Below are positions 23,264 to 34,350 of a stretch of 64,000 nt of DNA, one piece after another. Each line of letters opens with the position of its first letter. The first letter of the stretch is position 1. Made by a program: the position numbers and the translations under genes. The stretch covers positions 582,947-646,946 of the forward strand of contig CAVOQN010000002.1 of assembly GCA_963698375.1 (NCBI GenBank), given 5' to 3'. A model generated the notes under the pieces. That model had not been told where the DNA came from and made no database searches. It saw only the letters and a program-made list of their open reading frames with translations. The DNA is from an uncultured Pseudomonadota bacterium. Lineage in GTDB: Bacteria > Pseudomonadota > Gammaproteobacteria > Acidiferrobacterales > UBA6901.

Positions 23264-23403
23264 CGCAACATGGCTTCCATAGCGGATTCCACAGACGTTG
23301 CCTCCCAGAAGCCCTGGATCATTGCAAGACCGTGGGCAACCTTACGCCGTATCAGATTCAAATATTGCAGCAGTAATTGCAGGAAACCTTGGCCGGCGTT
23401 GCG

Positions 23404-24621
23404 TCAGGTTCGATACTCGGCGTTGATGGTGACGTAGTCATGCGACAAATCACAGGTCCACAGGCGCGCCTTTGCTGTGCCACCGCCTAGGTCTATGCGC
23501 ACGCAGATCTCGGATTTGGCCATGATCGCCAGTCCTTTCGCTTCGCTGTACTCCGGGGCACGCGCACCCTGGCGCACAATGCACACCTCATCAAGATAAA
23601 TCGATACCCGGTCCACATCCAGGTGCGAGATGCGCGCCCGGCCGACGGCGGCCAGAATACGTCCCCAGTTCGGATCGCTGGCAAAGAATGCTGTCTTAAC
23701 CAGCGGTGAATGCGCGATGGTATATGCCACTTCAAGACAATCAGCCTGACTCGCTCCCTGGACGACATCAATCGTAATGAATTTGGTCGCCCCCTCGGCG
23801 TCGCGCACAATGGCCTGGGCAAGCTCGGCCAGCACTTCGCGTACTGTACTGCTAAACGCATCGAAAGCGGCACCTTGCGCAGTATGTATCTCAAGACCTG
23901 ACTTTCCGGTAGCAAGCAGCACGCACGAATCGTTGGTGGAGGTATCTCCGTCGACGCTGATGCGGTTGAAACTCTCATCCGCCGCCGCACTCAGACACTG
24001 CAGCAAGACGTCACGATCCACGGCTGCATCGGTGCCGATAAAAGCCAACAGGGTCGCCATGTTCGGACAAATCATGCCCGCGCCCTTGGCGATCCCCGTC
24101 ACGGTCACGGTTTTGCCGTCGATCTGCACGCGCCGTGAACTGCCCTTGGGCAAGGTATCGGTAGTCATGATCCCGTGCGCCGCCTCCTCCCAGCCGCTCT
24201 CGCTCAAGGCTGCTAGGCTACCCGTCAGGCCTGCTATGAGTTTGTCGACCGGCAGACGCTCGCCAATCACACCGGTGGAAAATGGCAACACCTGGTTAGG
24301 GGCGCAACCCAAGCGAGTTGCAAGCGCTGCACAAGTGAGGCGCGCGTCGTCCATTCCACCGGATCCTGTGCCGGCATTGGCAAATCCGGTGTTAACCAGC
24401 AAGGCACGCGGTTCTGTCTGAGAAAGATGTTCGCGTGCCACGCTGACCGGTGCCGCACAGAAACGGTTCTTTGTAAAAACTGCCACTGCCTTTGTGCCCG
24501 GCGAGCATTCGATTACAACCAGGTCACGACGATCCATCTTGCGGATTTGTGCCCGGGTCGTACCCAGGCGGAGGCCAGGCACGGTATGCAATGCAGGGAG
24601 AGGAGGTAAATTTACCGCCAT
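23404..24621 (-). CDS. argJ: Bifunctional ornithine acetyltransferase/N-acetylglutamate synthase
   Basis: [39 protein letters not shown]. Confidence 0.97.
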   Translation of the reverse strand: MAVNLPPLPALHTVPGLRLGTTRAQIRKMDRRDLVVIECSPGTKAVAVFTKNRFCAAPVSVAREHLSQTEPRALLVNTGFANAGTGSGGMDDARLTCAALATRLGCAPNQVLPFSTGVIGERLPVDKLIAGLTGSLAALSESGWEEAAHGIMTTDTLPKGSSRRVQIDGKTVTVTGIAKGAGMICPNMATLLAFIGTDAAVDRDVLLQCLSAAADESFNRISVDGDTSTNDSCVLLATGKSGLEIHTAQGAAFDAFSSTVREVLAELAQAIVRDAEGATKFITIDVVQGASQADCLEVAYTIAHSPLVKTAFFASDPNWGRILAAVGRARISHLDVDRVSIYLDEVCIVRQGARAPEYSEAKGLAIMAKSEICVRIDLGGGTAKARLWTCDLSHDYVTINAEYRT

Positions 24622-24688
24622 AGCGGTGATTGCATTTCGGATTCAGGTTTTGAGTATCGCGGCCAAGACTCATTATACGAAACACACC

Positions 24689-27376
24689 TCATGCGAGTTT
24701 CCCATGGCATTGCTTGTACTTCTTGCCGGAACCGCATGGGCAGGGGGCATTACGGCCTACTTTCGGGGCATGGCGGGTAACAGTCTGTATTTCTGCTGTC
24801 TCGTCACCGGTTTCACTGCCAGTCGCTGATGGATGTTCATAACGCACACTTGACGGCATCTGGCGTTGCGCTTCCAGTGCCTCAACGTCCTGCTCCTGCC
24901 GAATCTGAACGCGTGTAATAAGGCTGATCACCTCATGTTTGATACGATCGAGCATGTCGGAAAACAGCTGGAAGGCCTCACGCTTATACTCTTCCTTCGG
25001 ATTCTTTTGTGCATAGCCACGCAGGTGAATGCCTTGCCGCAGGTGATCCATGGCGGCCAAGTGGTCCTTCCACTGGGAATCCAGCACTTGCAGCATGACT
25101 GCCTTCTCGAAGTGGCGCATCACCTCGGCGCCCGCATCGGCCGCCTTGGCGAGATGCAGCGTCTCTAATTCAGCAAGCACCTTCGCGCGCAACCGTGATT
25201 CATCCATGCTGGCATCATCATTCAGCCAGTTCTGAATCGGAAGTTTCAACCCGAACTCTCGATCGATATTCTCTTCCAATCCGCGAATATCCCATTGCTC
25301 AGCGAGGCTATCCGGAGGAATAAAAATGTTGATAACACTGTCCACCACGCCGGCACGGATTGTTTGAATGCTATCGGAGATATCATCTACCTCCATCAGC
25401 CGGTTGCGCTGTTCGTAGATTACCTTGCGCTGGTCGTTGGCAACATCGTCATATTCCAGCAATTGTTTGCGGATGTCGAAGTTTCGTCCCTCTACCTTTC
25501 GCTGGGCATTTTCGATGGCGCGCGTCACCCATGGGTGCTCGATCGCTTCGCCCTCCTGCATACCCAGCTTTTGCATGAGGCCGGAAAGGCGCTCGGAACC
25601 AAAAATGCGCAGCAGACTGTCTTCGAGGGAAAGATAAAAACGGGTCGAACCCGGATCACCCTGACGACCGGAACGGCCGCGCAACTGATTGTCGATTCTG
25701 CGCGATTCATGACGTTCAGTGCCGATGACATGCAGGCCGCCGGCGGCGAGTACCTGCTCGTGACGGGTTTGCCAGTCGTCACGAATTTTCTGTTGTTTCG
25801 CCGGGTCACCTTCCGCAGCCGCAAGTTCCATGTCCTTATTACCGCCCAGCACAATGTCTGTGCCACGACCTGCCATATTGGTGGCAATGGTCACACCACC
25901 TGGCCGTCCGGCTTCGGCCACGATCTGTGCCTCGCGCTCGTGGTGCTTGGCATTGAGTACCTGGTGCGCGATCTTCTCTTTCTGCAAGAGATTGGCCAAA
26001 GCCTCGGAGGCCTCGATCGAGGTCGTACCAACCAGCACCGGCTGGCCACGCTTGTTGCAGTCGCGGACATCGGCAAGAACAGCGGCGTTTTTTTCTGCCC
26101 CGGTGCGGTAAACCTGGTCGCCCATGTCCTGGCGGATCATCGGCCGATGAGTGGGGATCACCACGACCTCCAGATTATAGATGTGCTGGAACTCGTAGGC
26201 CTCGGTATCTGCAGTACCGGTCATGCCGGAGAGTTTTTTGTACAGACGGAAATAGTTCTGGAACGTAATTGAGGCGAGAGTCTGATTCTCATTCTGTATG
26301 CGCACACCCTCTTTCGCCTCAACGGCCTGGTGCAGCCCATCAGACCAGCGCCGGCCCGTCATCATGCGTCCGGTGAACTCGTCGACGATGATGACTTCAT
26401 TTTCCTTGACGATGTAGTCTACCTCGCGCCGGAACAGTGCGTGCGCGCGCAATGCGGCGTTCAGGTGATGCAGCAGGCTGATGTTGGCTACATCGTACAA
26501 ATTGCTGCCCTGTTCCAGTAACCCGGCGCGCACCAGCAGTTTCTCGGCTGACTCATGCCCTGCCTCAGTTAGAAAGGCCTGGCGGCTCTTTTCGTCCACG
26601 CTGTAATCGCCAGGTCCGTCTTCTTTTTCCTGGCGGGACAGGTTGGGGATAATGGAATTGATCTTATAGTAAAGGTCGGTATTCTCTTCTGTCGGACCTG
26701 AGATGATAAGGGGCGTGCGCGCCTCATCGACCAGTATCGAGTCCACCTCGTCTACTACCGCAAAGTTAAGCCCGCGCTGTACGCGATCCGAGGCACGGAA
26801 TGCCATATTGTCGCGTAAATAATCGAATCCGTATTCATTGTTGGTGCCGTAAGTAATATCAGCGGCGTAGGCCGCACGCTTGGTCTCATTATCCTGGCCA
26901 GACACCGCGACCCCGACGGTCATGCCAAGAAAATTGTAAATTTTTCCCATCCACGCGGCATCACGGCGCGCAAGGTAGTCGTTCACTGTTACCACATGCA
27001 CGCCCTTACCGGTGAGCGCATTCAAATAAACTGCCAGCGTCGCCACCAGGGTTTTACCTTCGCCGGTTCGCATCTCGGCGATTCGCCCTGAGTTCAACAC
27101 CATGCCGCCAATCAGCTGTACATCAAAGTGACGCATGCCGAGCGTGCGCTTGCCGGCCTCGCGCACCACCGCGAATGCCTCTGGCAACAGCGCCTCAAGT
27201 GATTCACCACGATCCAAGCGCTGACGGAACTCGATGGTCTTGGCACCTAAATCGGTATCGGAAAGCGCCGCCATTTGCGGCTCCAGATCATTGATGCGCT
27301 CGATGACGCCCTGCATCTGCCGGATGATGCGCGTATTGCGATCACCAAAGAACTTCTTGAGTATGTTCACAACCAT
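24689..27376 (-). CDS. secA: Preprotein translocase ATPase
   Basis: [43 protein letters not shown]-terminal [13 protein letters not shown]; start trimmed to MVVNIL. Confidence 0.98.
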   Translation of the reverse strand: MVVNILKKFFGDRNTRIIRQMQGVIERINDLEPQMAALSDTDLGAKTIEFRQRLDRGESLEALLPEAFAVVREAGKRTLGMRHFDVQLIGGMVLNSGRIAEMRTGEGKTLVATLAVYLNALTGKGVHVVTVNDYLARRDAAWMGKIYNFLGMTVGVAVSGQDNETKRAAYAADITYGTNNEYGFDYLRDNMAFRASDRVQRGLNFAVVDEVDSILVDEARTPLIISGPTEENTDLYYKINSIIPNLSRQEKEDGPGDYSVDEKSRQAFLTEAGHESAEKLLVRAGLLEQGSNLYDVANISLLHHLNAALRAHALFRREVDYIVKENEVIIVDEFTGRMMTGRRWSDGLHQAVEAKEGVRIQNENQTLASITFQNYFRLYKKLSGMTGTADTEAYEFQHIYNLEVVVIPTHRPMIRQDMGDQVYRTGAEKNAAVLADVRDCNKRGQPVLVGTTSIEASEALANLLQKEKIAHQVLNAKHHEREAQIVAEAGRPGGVTIATNMAGRGTDIVLGGNKDMELAAAEGDPAKQQKIRDDWQTRHEQVLAAGGLHVIGTERHESRRIDNQLRGRSGRQGDPGSTRFYLSLEDSLLRIFGSERLSGLMQKLGMQEGEAIEHPWVTRAIENAQRKVEGRNFDIRKQLLEYDDVANDQRKVIYEQRNRLMEVDDISDSIQTIRAGVVDSVINIFIPPDSLAEQWDIRGLEENIDREFGLKLPIQNWLNDDASMDESRLRAKVLAELETLHLAKAADAGAEVMRHFEKAVMLQVLDSQWKDHLAAMDHLRQGIHLRGYAQKNPKEEYKREAFQLFSDMLDRIKHEVISLITRVQIRQEQDVEALEAQRQMPSSVRYEHPSATGSETGDETAEIQTVTRHAPKVGRNAPCPCGSGKKYKQCHGKLA

Positions 27377-27830
27377 GATGATGATTTCAGTCCAGGGACG
27401 TGTGATGGCCAAAAATGGAGCGCCCACTCCGAAAGCAGGATTTACGCCCGGTAAAGGCGTGATTATGAAGGAAAAGCGCCGAGACTTGAATAGACGGGGG
27501 CAGACCTGCTGTAACGCCTGTCGAATTGTCCTTCTCACGCGTAGAACTGGCCACTTCGTCACCTATATTCTTCAATCTACGTGCCAAGCAAGCTGTACAT
27601 TTCCACTCCATCATGAAAGGGGTTGCGGCTGGAACAAGATTCGGAAACAACAGTGAAGCTGGTGTATTCCTTGAGCACTCTGCCGGATAAATGACGGCAG
27701 ACAACGGCGCGGTGAGGACAATATGTAACGACGACTACCCAGCTGGCCACGTATTATACCCTTCACCCGAGTGCTACAATTACCCGCGGCTCGCCAACGA
27801 CTCCAACAACCGGTAACCTCTACGCGATCC

Positions 27831-28670
27831 GTGCGCTCCCGGCTCTTCATCCTTCTCCTTTTACTGGCCCCGACCATGGGCTACACCGATTCCGCATACT
27901 TCACGACCAGCGACGAGGTGCGCCTGCATTACGATACACGCGGCGCGGGTGCGCCGATGGTATTCGTGCCTGGTTGGAGCATGCCAGCATCGATTTACGA
28001 ACATCAACTCGTACATTTTTCCAGGACCCATCGGGTGTTTGCGCTTGATCCACGCTCGCAGGGTAAATCGGAGATTGCCCGCGCTGGCCACGAACCCGAA
28101 CGTCGGGCTCGCGATGTACACGAATTACTGGACCATGAGAAGCTTACAGACGTCATACTGGTCGGCTGGTCACTTGGTGTGCTCGATACGCTCGCTTATA
28201 CCCACTACCATGGCGCGGGCCGCGTGCGTGCGCTGGTGCTCATTGACAATTCTGTCGGCGAGGGAACGCCGCCCAAGCCAGGTAATCTGTTAAAGGAACT
28301 GGCGGAGAATCGCCCACGTGCAGTTGAACGTTTCGTACGCAGCATGTTTCATCGGCCGCAGAGTGAAGAATACTACCGTGCGCTTATCGCCAGCGCTTTA
28401 CGCACGCCTTATTCCGCGAGCGTGGAACTGCTCTCGTATAAGCGACCTCGCGAGTTCTGGCGCGATGCACTTTATGCCTCCGAGCGCCCGATCCTCTACG
28501 TGGTCACACCGAATTTTGCTGTGCAAGCCCGGATTGTGCGACGTCATGCGAAATCTGCTGAGGTGGCCGTGTTCAGTAATGCCGGCCATGCACTGTTCGT
28601 GGACGAACCGGAGCGCTTCAACCGTACTGTTGAACGTTTTTTGAAGCATTTGCCGCCCACAATCCCCTGA
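27831..28670 (+). CDS. Alpha/beta hydrolase, probably exported
   Basis: PGW oxyanion motif, GWSLG nucleophile, AGHALF His; GTG 27831 gives RSRLFILLLLLAP signal-like segment (alternative ATG 27876). Confidence 0.8.
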   Translation: MRSRLFILLLLLAPTMGYTDSAYFTTSDEVRLHYDTRGAGAPMVFVPGWSMPASIYEHQLVHFSRTHRVFALDPRSQGKSEIARAGHEPERRARDVHELLDHEKLTDVILVGWSLGVLDTLAYTHYHGAGRVRALVLIDNSVGEGTPPKPGNLLKELAENRPRAVERFVRSMFHRPQSEEYYRALIASALRTPYSASVELLSYKRPREFWRDALYASERPILYVVTPNFAVQARIVRRHAKSAEVAVFSNAGHALFVDEPERFNRTVERFLKHLPPTIP

Positions 28671-28685
28671 CCAGGAACCTGCCTG

Positions 28686-31112
28686 ATGACAGCCAGCCGC
28701 TCTATCCCGTTGTTGCCACTTTTCCTGGTTTCGCTCGCCGCCGTTGGTTTCGAGATTGCGCTAACGCGTTATTTTGCCATCGCCAGTTGGTCGGAATACG
28801 GATACTGGGTAATTTCGATCACCATGGTCGGCTTTGCGGCAAGCGGTGTGGTGCTGAGTCTGGGCAAGGATTTCTTCTTCGCGCGTGCGGCAGCGCTGTT
28901 GCGGTACACGCCGGTGCTGTTGCTGCTCGCCGCTGCTGCTGGCTACTACGTCACCACAACCGTGTCATTCAACCCGCTCGAATTCCAGAATCCTAGTGCC
29001 TGGGGTGCCCAGCTTGCCAATATTGGTAAATATTATCTTGCGCTATTTCCATTCTACTTCTTCACAGGGCTTTACATCGGACTCTATTTTCTTTCGCTCG
29101 AGGGCGAGATTCCCAAAGTCTACGCTGCGGATCTCGCAGGCGCCGGGGTAGGCGCAATCGCCGTGCTGGTGGCAATGTACTACGTACCGCCGTTTCTCCT
29201 GCTTGCCGCCCTATTGCCACTGCTGTTTGTTGCTGTGCTGCCGCTTGCCGCGCGAGCACCGCGCAAGACATTACTGATCGGTGCGGCGTTCGTGGCTTTG
29301 GGGGCCGGCGAAGTCATCGTGTTTAACAACCACGCAGACTTCAATGAGTACAAGGCCATCTACCCGCCGCTGCATGTGCAAGATAGCAAGCGCATAACCG
29401 ACCTCAAGTCGCCGCGCGCTTACTACACCATACTCGACAACTTCACTGAACGTCTCGATACCGATTTTTCCAATAATTTTCAGGCGCTCGGCGCGAAAGG
29501 CCCACCACGCACGCTTGGCCTTTACAGTGATGGCAACCGTATCGCCTCATTACCTCGCGGTAGCTCCTTTGATCCAGGTTACGTGAAAGGCATGTTGGAT
29601 GCCCTGCCCTATATGCTACGGCCGCAGGCACACTCTCTACTCATTGGCACTCGCGGCGGCTTCCGTATTCAGGAAGCGCGGGCCATGGGCGCGGTGACGA
29701 TCCATGCGCTGGAACCTACCAATGTGCTGTTCGATCTGGTTGGTGCCGGACCGTTCGTTCAGGAGACTGGGCTTCGCTTCAGTCAGGAGGCGCCGTGGAA
29801 CCTGCGTAGCTCGGAACGTTATGACATCATCGACCTGGCCTCGGACTTTCTCGGTCAGGCCGAAACCAACAAGTTTGCCTTTACGGTTGAAGCAGTAGAG
29901 GGTTTCCTTGGTCTCCTCAATGAGCGCGGGGTACTCTCAATCCCGGTGTCAATTCGCGAATTCACGGTATACGCCGCGAAGATGGTGGAAACTACACGCC
30001 GCGCCCTGGTCGCACACGGCGTTCAGGATCCAGGGGCAAATCTCATTGTGTACCGGTCGGCGTGGAGCGTACGCATCCTCGCGAGTCCCACTCCGTTCAG
30101 CACTGCCGACATTGCGCAACTGAAGCAGTTTTCAGAAATGCGCTCATTTGATACATCCTATTTCCCCGGCATTGATCCGAAGAAATTGTCTATTTGGAAC
30201 GACCTGCCGCCTATTTCGCTCGAGTTCGATACCATCGTGACATCAGATACGGCGCAGGACGCGCTCATGGACCAGACACTGGCCCTGCTCGGGCCGGGAA
30301 ATCCCGAATTTCTTGCCAACAACTTTTTCAATCTCGACCCACCAACACTCGATCGGCCATCGTTCTATTCCGTCCTGCGGCTGGAGAAATTGCCACAAAT
30401 CCTCAAGAAAATCGCTCTTATCCCACGCGAGGAGATTGGATATCTGGTGAACATAGCTGTGCTGGTGCAGGCAGTGGTATTCGCGCTGCTTGTGCTCAGC
30501 CTGCCGCTATTGCGATACCGGAAAACCCGCCCGGCGGCGGCCACGCTAACCAAAGCGATCTTGTACTTTGCCAGCCTGGGTCTTGGTTTCCTTTTCTTCG
30601 AGATTCTGCTCATCGAGAAAATGGCGTATTTCCTGAACGACCGGACTTATGCATTCGCCGTGGTGCTTTCCGCCATGCTCATTTTTTCCGGCCTCGGCAG
30701 CTTCTATTGTGCGCGTTACCTTGGCAATCCGCTGCGAGGGGTGCGTATTGCGGTTGTCATTGTCGCGCTTTGGACGCTGCTTGCGCTGCTGGGGCTCGAT
30801 TTCTTAATGCAGACTCTGCTTAGCGCCCCTTTTTCCGTGAAACTTGCCGTCCTCACGCTTATCGCTGCGCCTCTCGCCTTTGGCCTCGGCATGCCCTTTC
30901 CGTTGGGGTTGTACCTGTTCCGCGGTAGCCATGACCACTTTTTACCCTGGGCATGGAGCCTAAACGGCGCATTTTCGGTGGTGGCTACCCCGGCGGCCAA
31001 CCTCCTGGCAGTCTCTTTTGGATATACTATTCTCTTGGTACTTGGGCTTGCGCTCTATATGATAACGGTGTTTACATACCCCGCCGCCCGTGGGCGCGCA
31101 AGCCTTTCCTGA
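28686..31112 (+). CDS. Polytopic membrane protein with central spermidine-synthase-like SAM-binding domain
   Basis: About 7 N-terminal TM helices, LIGTRGG...ALEP...YDIIDL Rossmann segment, PPTLDRP, C-terminal TM block with GMPFP and WAWSLNG. Confidence 0.75.
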   Translation: MTASRSIPLLPLFLVSLAAVGFEIALTRYFAIASWSEYGYWVISITMVGFAASGVVLSLGKDFFFARAAALLRYTPVLLLLAAAAGYYVTTTVSFNPLEFQNPSAWGAQLANIGKYYLALFPFYFFTGLYIGLYFLSLEGEIPKVYAADLAGAGVGAIAVLVAMYYVPPFLLLAALLPLLFVAVLPLAARAPRKTLLIGAAFVALGAGEVIVFNNHADFNEYKAIYPPLHVQDSKRITDLKSPRAYYTILDNFTERLDTDFSNNFQALGAKGPPRTLGLYSDGNRIASLPRGSSFDPGYVKGMLDALPYMLRPQAHSLLIGTRGGFRIQEARAMGAVTIHALEPTNVLFDLVGAGPFVQETGLRFSQEAPWNLRSSERYDIIDLASDFLGQAETNKFAFTVEAVEGFLGLLNERGVLSIPVSIREFTVYAAKMVETTRRALVAHGVQDPGANLIVYRSAWSVRILASPTPFSTADIAQLKQFSEMRSFDTSYFPGIDPKKLSIWNDLPPISLEFDTIVTSDTAQDALMDQTLALLGPGNPEFLANNFFNLDPPTLDRPSFYSVLRLEKLPQILKKIALIPREEIGYLVNIAVLVQAVVFALLVLSLPLLRYRKTRPAAATLTKAILYFASLGLGFLFFEILLIEKMAYFLNDRTYAFAVVLSAMLIFSGLGSFYCARYLGNPLRGVRIAVVIVALWTLLALLGLDFLMQTLLSAPFSVKLAVLTLIAAPLAFGLGMPFPLGLYLFRGSHDHFLPWAWSLNGAFSVVATPAANLLAVSFGYTILLVLGLALYMITVFTYPAARGRASLS

Positions 31113-31148
31113 TACCACACTTCAACCGTCTTTATTTAACCTACCACT

Positions 31149-32021
31149 ATGAAGATAAAGAAACTTCTCTGGGCGGCGAGCGCCGCTACCATCGGTCTTT
31201 CCAGCGCTTTTGCTGCGGTTGATCCCGCCACGCGCAGCTGGACACGCGAGGCAGTTAACCAGGCGTTTGCCGCGAGCGATCGAAAGGTCACGCTGTCGGA
31301 ATCCAGCTACGCTGCTATCCAGGAGCGTCGTGCGGTAACGCTGAAACGCATCGAGAATTACCTCACGGAACGCTTCGGCAAGGTTGACCCAATGGTGATG
31401 AAAGCCTTCGAAGAGGTACCGCGCGAGTACTACCACTATAACTACGAAGGTAAATACGGTTTCACCGGCAAGGCCTATGACGAAGAAGCCAAACCCTGGG
31501 CCATTGGCCACGGCTCGGCACTTTCGGATTACCTCGGCCAGGCCTACATGACCCAACTCGCGAAACCCACCAAAGATAGCGTCGTGCTCGAAATCGGCAC
31601 CGGTTCTGGTTATCAGATTTCAATACTCTCGCGCATCGTGAAAAAGGCCTACTCAATCGAAATCATCGAACCTGTTGGCAAGGGTGTTGCCAAAATTTTC
31701 AAGCCACTCGGTTTCAGCAACATTGAAACCCGCGTCGGTGATGGCTACTTTGGCTGGCCGGAGGTGCAGGGCGGTTTTGACATAATTATCGTCACTTGCG
31801 CCGCGCAATATGTTCCGCCTGAACTGCTGAAGCAGCTCAAGCCTGGAGGGCGTATGGTGATCCCCATCGGCCAGCCGTTCAAGAAGGGCCAGGTGCTGTA
31901 CGTCTACACCAAGGACGCCGATGGCAGGGTACGCAGCCGTAAGGACGTGGGTGTGTATTTCATTCCAATGACTGGCGAATCGCAAAAACAGAGCACCGTG
32001 ACTTCTACGGCGCCAATGTAA
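31149..32021 (+). CDS. Protein-L-isoaspartate O-methyltransferase (PIMT/Pcm)-like protein with signal peptide
   Basis: VPRE, VLEIGTGSGYQ, GDGYFGWP, FDIIIVT, QLKPGGRMVIP, FIPM; N-terminus MKIKKLLW...SAFA. Confidence 0.85.
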   Translation: MKIKKLLWAASAATIGLSSAFAAVDPATRSWTREAVNQAFAASDRKVTLSESSYAAIQERRAVTLKRIENYLTERFGKVDPMVMKAFEEVPREYYHYNYEGKYGFTGKAYDEEAKPWAIGHGSALSDYLGQAYMTQLAKPTKDSVVLEIGTGSGYQISILSRIVKKAYSIEIIEPVGKGVAKIFKPLGFSNIETRVGDGYFGWPEVQGGFDIIIVTCAAQYVPPELLKQLKPGGRMVIPIGQPFKKGQVLYVYTKDADGRVRSRKDVGVYFIPMTGESQKQSTVTSTAPM

Positions 32022-32051
32022 GCAGCGTCAAGAAACACGCAGAGTTCTCTC

Positions 32052-32083
32052 GCCATGGCGCCATCGCGGCGCCATGGCTTTTT
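32052..32083 (+). terminator. Intrinsic terminator of the hydrolase-methyltransferase operon
   Basis: GCCATGGCGCC-atcgc-GGCGCCATGGC-TTTTT. Confidence 0.8.
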
Positions 32084-32246
32084 AATGCCTGACTGGATTT
32101 CAGGCCGTCACTACTTACATTACATTGTGACTGGGTCGATTGGTCTTGCTGCTGTGACTGCTGTGCGGTCGGCAAGGCAGAGATAAAGCAGCGCGTGCCG
32201 AGGCTGAAAAAGTATGCAGAGCCTGACCGGGCTGGGGGGGGCAGAG

Positions 32247-33182
32247 CTATGACGGGGACTTCAGATAGGAGCTGGGATTGACGGCCCTGCCGCCACGCAG
32301 CACTTCAAAATGCAGGTGCGGGCCTGTTGAGCGGCCGGTTGTACCTACTAGTGCCACACTTTGACCTTTGGTCACGCGGTCGCCAACCCGAACCAGTGCT
32401 GCCTTACAGTGCGCGTAGCGTGTGGAATAGCCATCACCGTGGTTAATTTCGACGACACAGCCGTAACCGTCCTTATCGCCGGCATAACTGACTACACCAC
32501 CACCGACAGCCTTGATTTCGGAGCCAAACCGGCTGGCGATATCCACGCCATCGTGGAATGCACTACGGCCGGTAAACGGATCGGAACGCTGTCCGAAGCC
32601 GGAGGACACCCAACCGCCGACCGTCGGCCAGCCCGCCGGGTGAACGGCGGCTTTCAGCTGCTTGTCGAGTAGAGAACTTTCAAGTGCTGCGAGACGTTCT
32701 GATTTTCTTTCGATCTGGCCGGATAGGCCTTCGAGAGTCTTGAGAAAATCCGGTACTGACATGGAGGACAAACCACGTGCCGATTCTGGTCCACCCATGG
32801 CCGGTCCTACCGTGAAGTCGAACTCGCGCCTGTCGAGTCCGCCCATACGCGCCAGCCTCTGGCCGAGGGCATTGAGTCGTAACAGTTCCGCCTGCATGTA
32901 TCCGAGGCGTTGGGCGAGCGCGTTGAGGTTTAGTTCGGCGTCGCGCCGTGCCTGTTCAATCGCCTTGCGCTCGTTGATAAGCAAAACTGCCTGTCTCTGA
33001 ATGTATTCCGGTTCACGTGTTCCAGTAGTTGGATCAAGATAGGCCGATACCTTGAATGACAAGGCTCCAATCAGAAGTGGTAGCCCCACCAGCACCACCA
33101 GCGCCAGCGCCAACAGCTGGAGCGGACTCAGGCTGATGTTGCGCCCGCGGCCGGCGCTGTCCGGAACCAGGATAATGTTCAT
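32247..33182 (-). CDS. M23-family metallopeptidase
   Basis: N-terminal TM and coiled coil, [18 protein letters not shown]; usual position between lpxC and secA. Confidence 0.9.
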   Translation of the reverse strand: MNIILVPDSAGRGRNISLSPLQLLALALVVLVGLPLLIGALSFKVSAYLDPTTGTREPEYIQRQAVLLINERKAIEQARRDAELNLNALAQRLGYMQAELLRLNALGQRLARMGGLDRREFDFTVGPAMGGPESARGLSSMSVPDFLKTLEGLSGQIERKSERLAALESSLLDKQLKAAVHPAGWPTVGGWVSSGFGQRSDPFTGRSAFHDGVDIASRFGSEIKAVGGGVVSYAGDKDGYGCVVEINHGDGYSTRYAHCKAALVRVGDRVTKGQSVALVGTTGRSTGPHLHFEVLRGGRAVNPSSYLKSPS

Positions 33183-34090
33183 ACCGACGGTACCGCACGC
33201 ATGAAGGAGATGGCGGCCTTGTCCGATTCCTCATAGGAAACGAGGTCCCAGGCGCTCTTGTCGGCCAAAAGGCTTCGCAGTATTCGATTGTTCAGTGCGT
33301 GTCCGGACTTGTGGCCGCTAAACGCGCCGATGAGTGGGTGGCCGAGCAGATAAAGATCACCGATCGCATCCAAAACTTTGTGTTTGACGAATTCATCCTC
33401 ATAGCGCAGTCCGTCTTCATTTAGAACGCGGAAATTGTCCATGACAATGGCATTGTCCATACCGCCGCCGCGAGCCAGTCCCGCTGAACGCAGCATTTCG
33501 AGATCGCGCATAAAACCAAACGTGCGAGCTCGACTCACTTCTTTTACAAACGAGGTGGTGGAAAAGTCCACACACGCGGTCTGTGTAGACCGGCGCAAGC
33601 TGGGGTGATCGAAATCTATGCCGAAAGACACCTTGAAGCCATCCCAAGGCTCGAACTGTACCCACTTGTCGTTGTCTTCGACGCGTACCGGCTTCTTGAT
33701 GCGGATGAACTGCTTGGGCGAAACCTGTTCCTCGATACCGGCCGACTGCAGCAGAAACACGAAAGGGCCGGCACTTCCATCCATAATAGGTACTTCAGGC
33801 GCAGTCACGTCGACATAAGCATTGTCTATACCCAGTCCGGCGAACGCTGCCATCAGGTGCTCAACGGTTGAAATCTTTGCGCCATTTTTCTCGAGCGTGG
33901 TGGACATGCGCGTGTCGGTGACATTCTCGGGATCGGCTTTGATCTCAACGGGCTCATTGAGGTCAATGCGCCTGAAAACGATCCCGCTTCCTACGGCTGC
34001 TGGACGCAATGTCAAATATACTTTCTCACCAGTATGCAGACCCACGCCCGTAGCGCGGATGGCATTCTTAAGGGTCCTTTGCTTGATCAT
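33179..34090 (-). CDS. lpxC: UDP-3-O-acyl-N-acetylglucosamine deacetylase
   Basis: [30 protein letters not shown]. Confidence 0.98.
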   Translation of the reverse strand: MIKQRTLKNAIRATGVGLHTGEKVYLTLRPAAVGSGIVFRRIDLNEPVEIKADPENVTDTRMSTTLEKNGAKISTVEHLMAAFAGLGIDNAYVDVTAPEVPIMDGSAGPFVFLLQSAGIEEQVSPKQFIRIKKPVRVEDNDKWVQFEPWDGFKVSFGIDFDHPSLRRSTQTACVDFSTTSFVKEVSRARTFGFMRDLEMLRSAGLARGGGMDNAIVMDNFRVLNEDGLRYEDEFVKHKVLDAIGDLYLLGHPLIGAFSGHKSGHALNNRILRSLLADKSAWDLVSYEESDKAAISFMRAVPSV

Positions 34091-34350
34091 GCGAATCCGT
34101 GACGATTATTTATTAAATTCTTAGCACAACAAAAAATTCCCGCGGCAAGCAACCCATTCCCTTGGCGCCCGGGACTGTATTGTTATTCCTGATTTTGCAT
34201 ATATTAAAGGTTAATAGGCGGCCGCTGTCCAGTGTATTCCTTGAGTTTTCAACATTATTCGTCAAGCCATGGCCCCACGACGGCCGATCGTTCAGCCTAC
34301 CCCTACTCCACTGCTTAGGACGTTTCTTAATAGCAGACTAAATTAGTCTG

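Noticed and set aside
27571-27587. Sigma54-like site upstream of secA (minus strand TGGCAC-N5-TTGAA)
   Set aside because: The conserved -12 GC is missing
27613-27690. 25-codon ORF upstream of the hydrolase as a possible RiPP precursor for the PIMT-like enzyme
   Set aside because: No RBS, no Asp residue, and no other RiPP biosynthetic genes nearby
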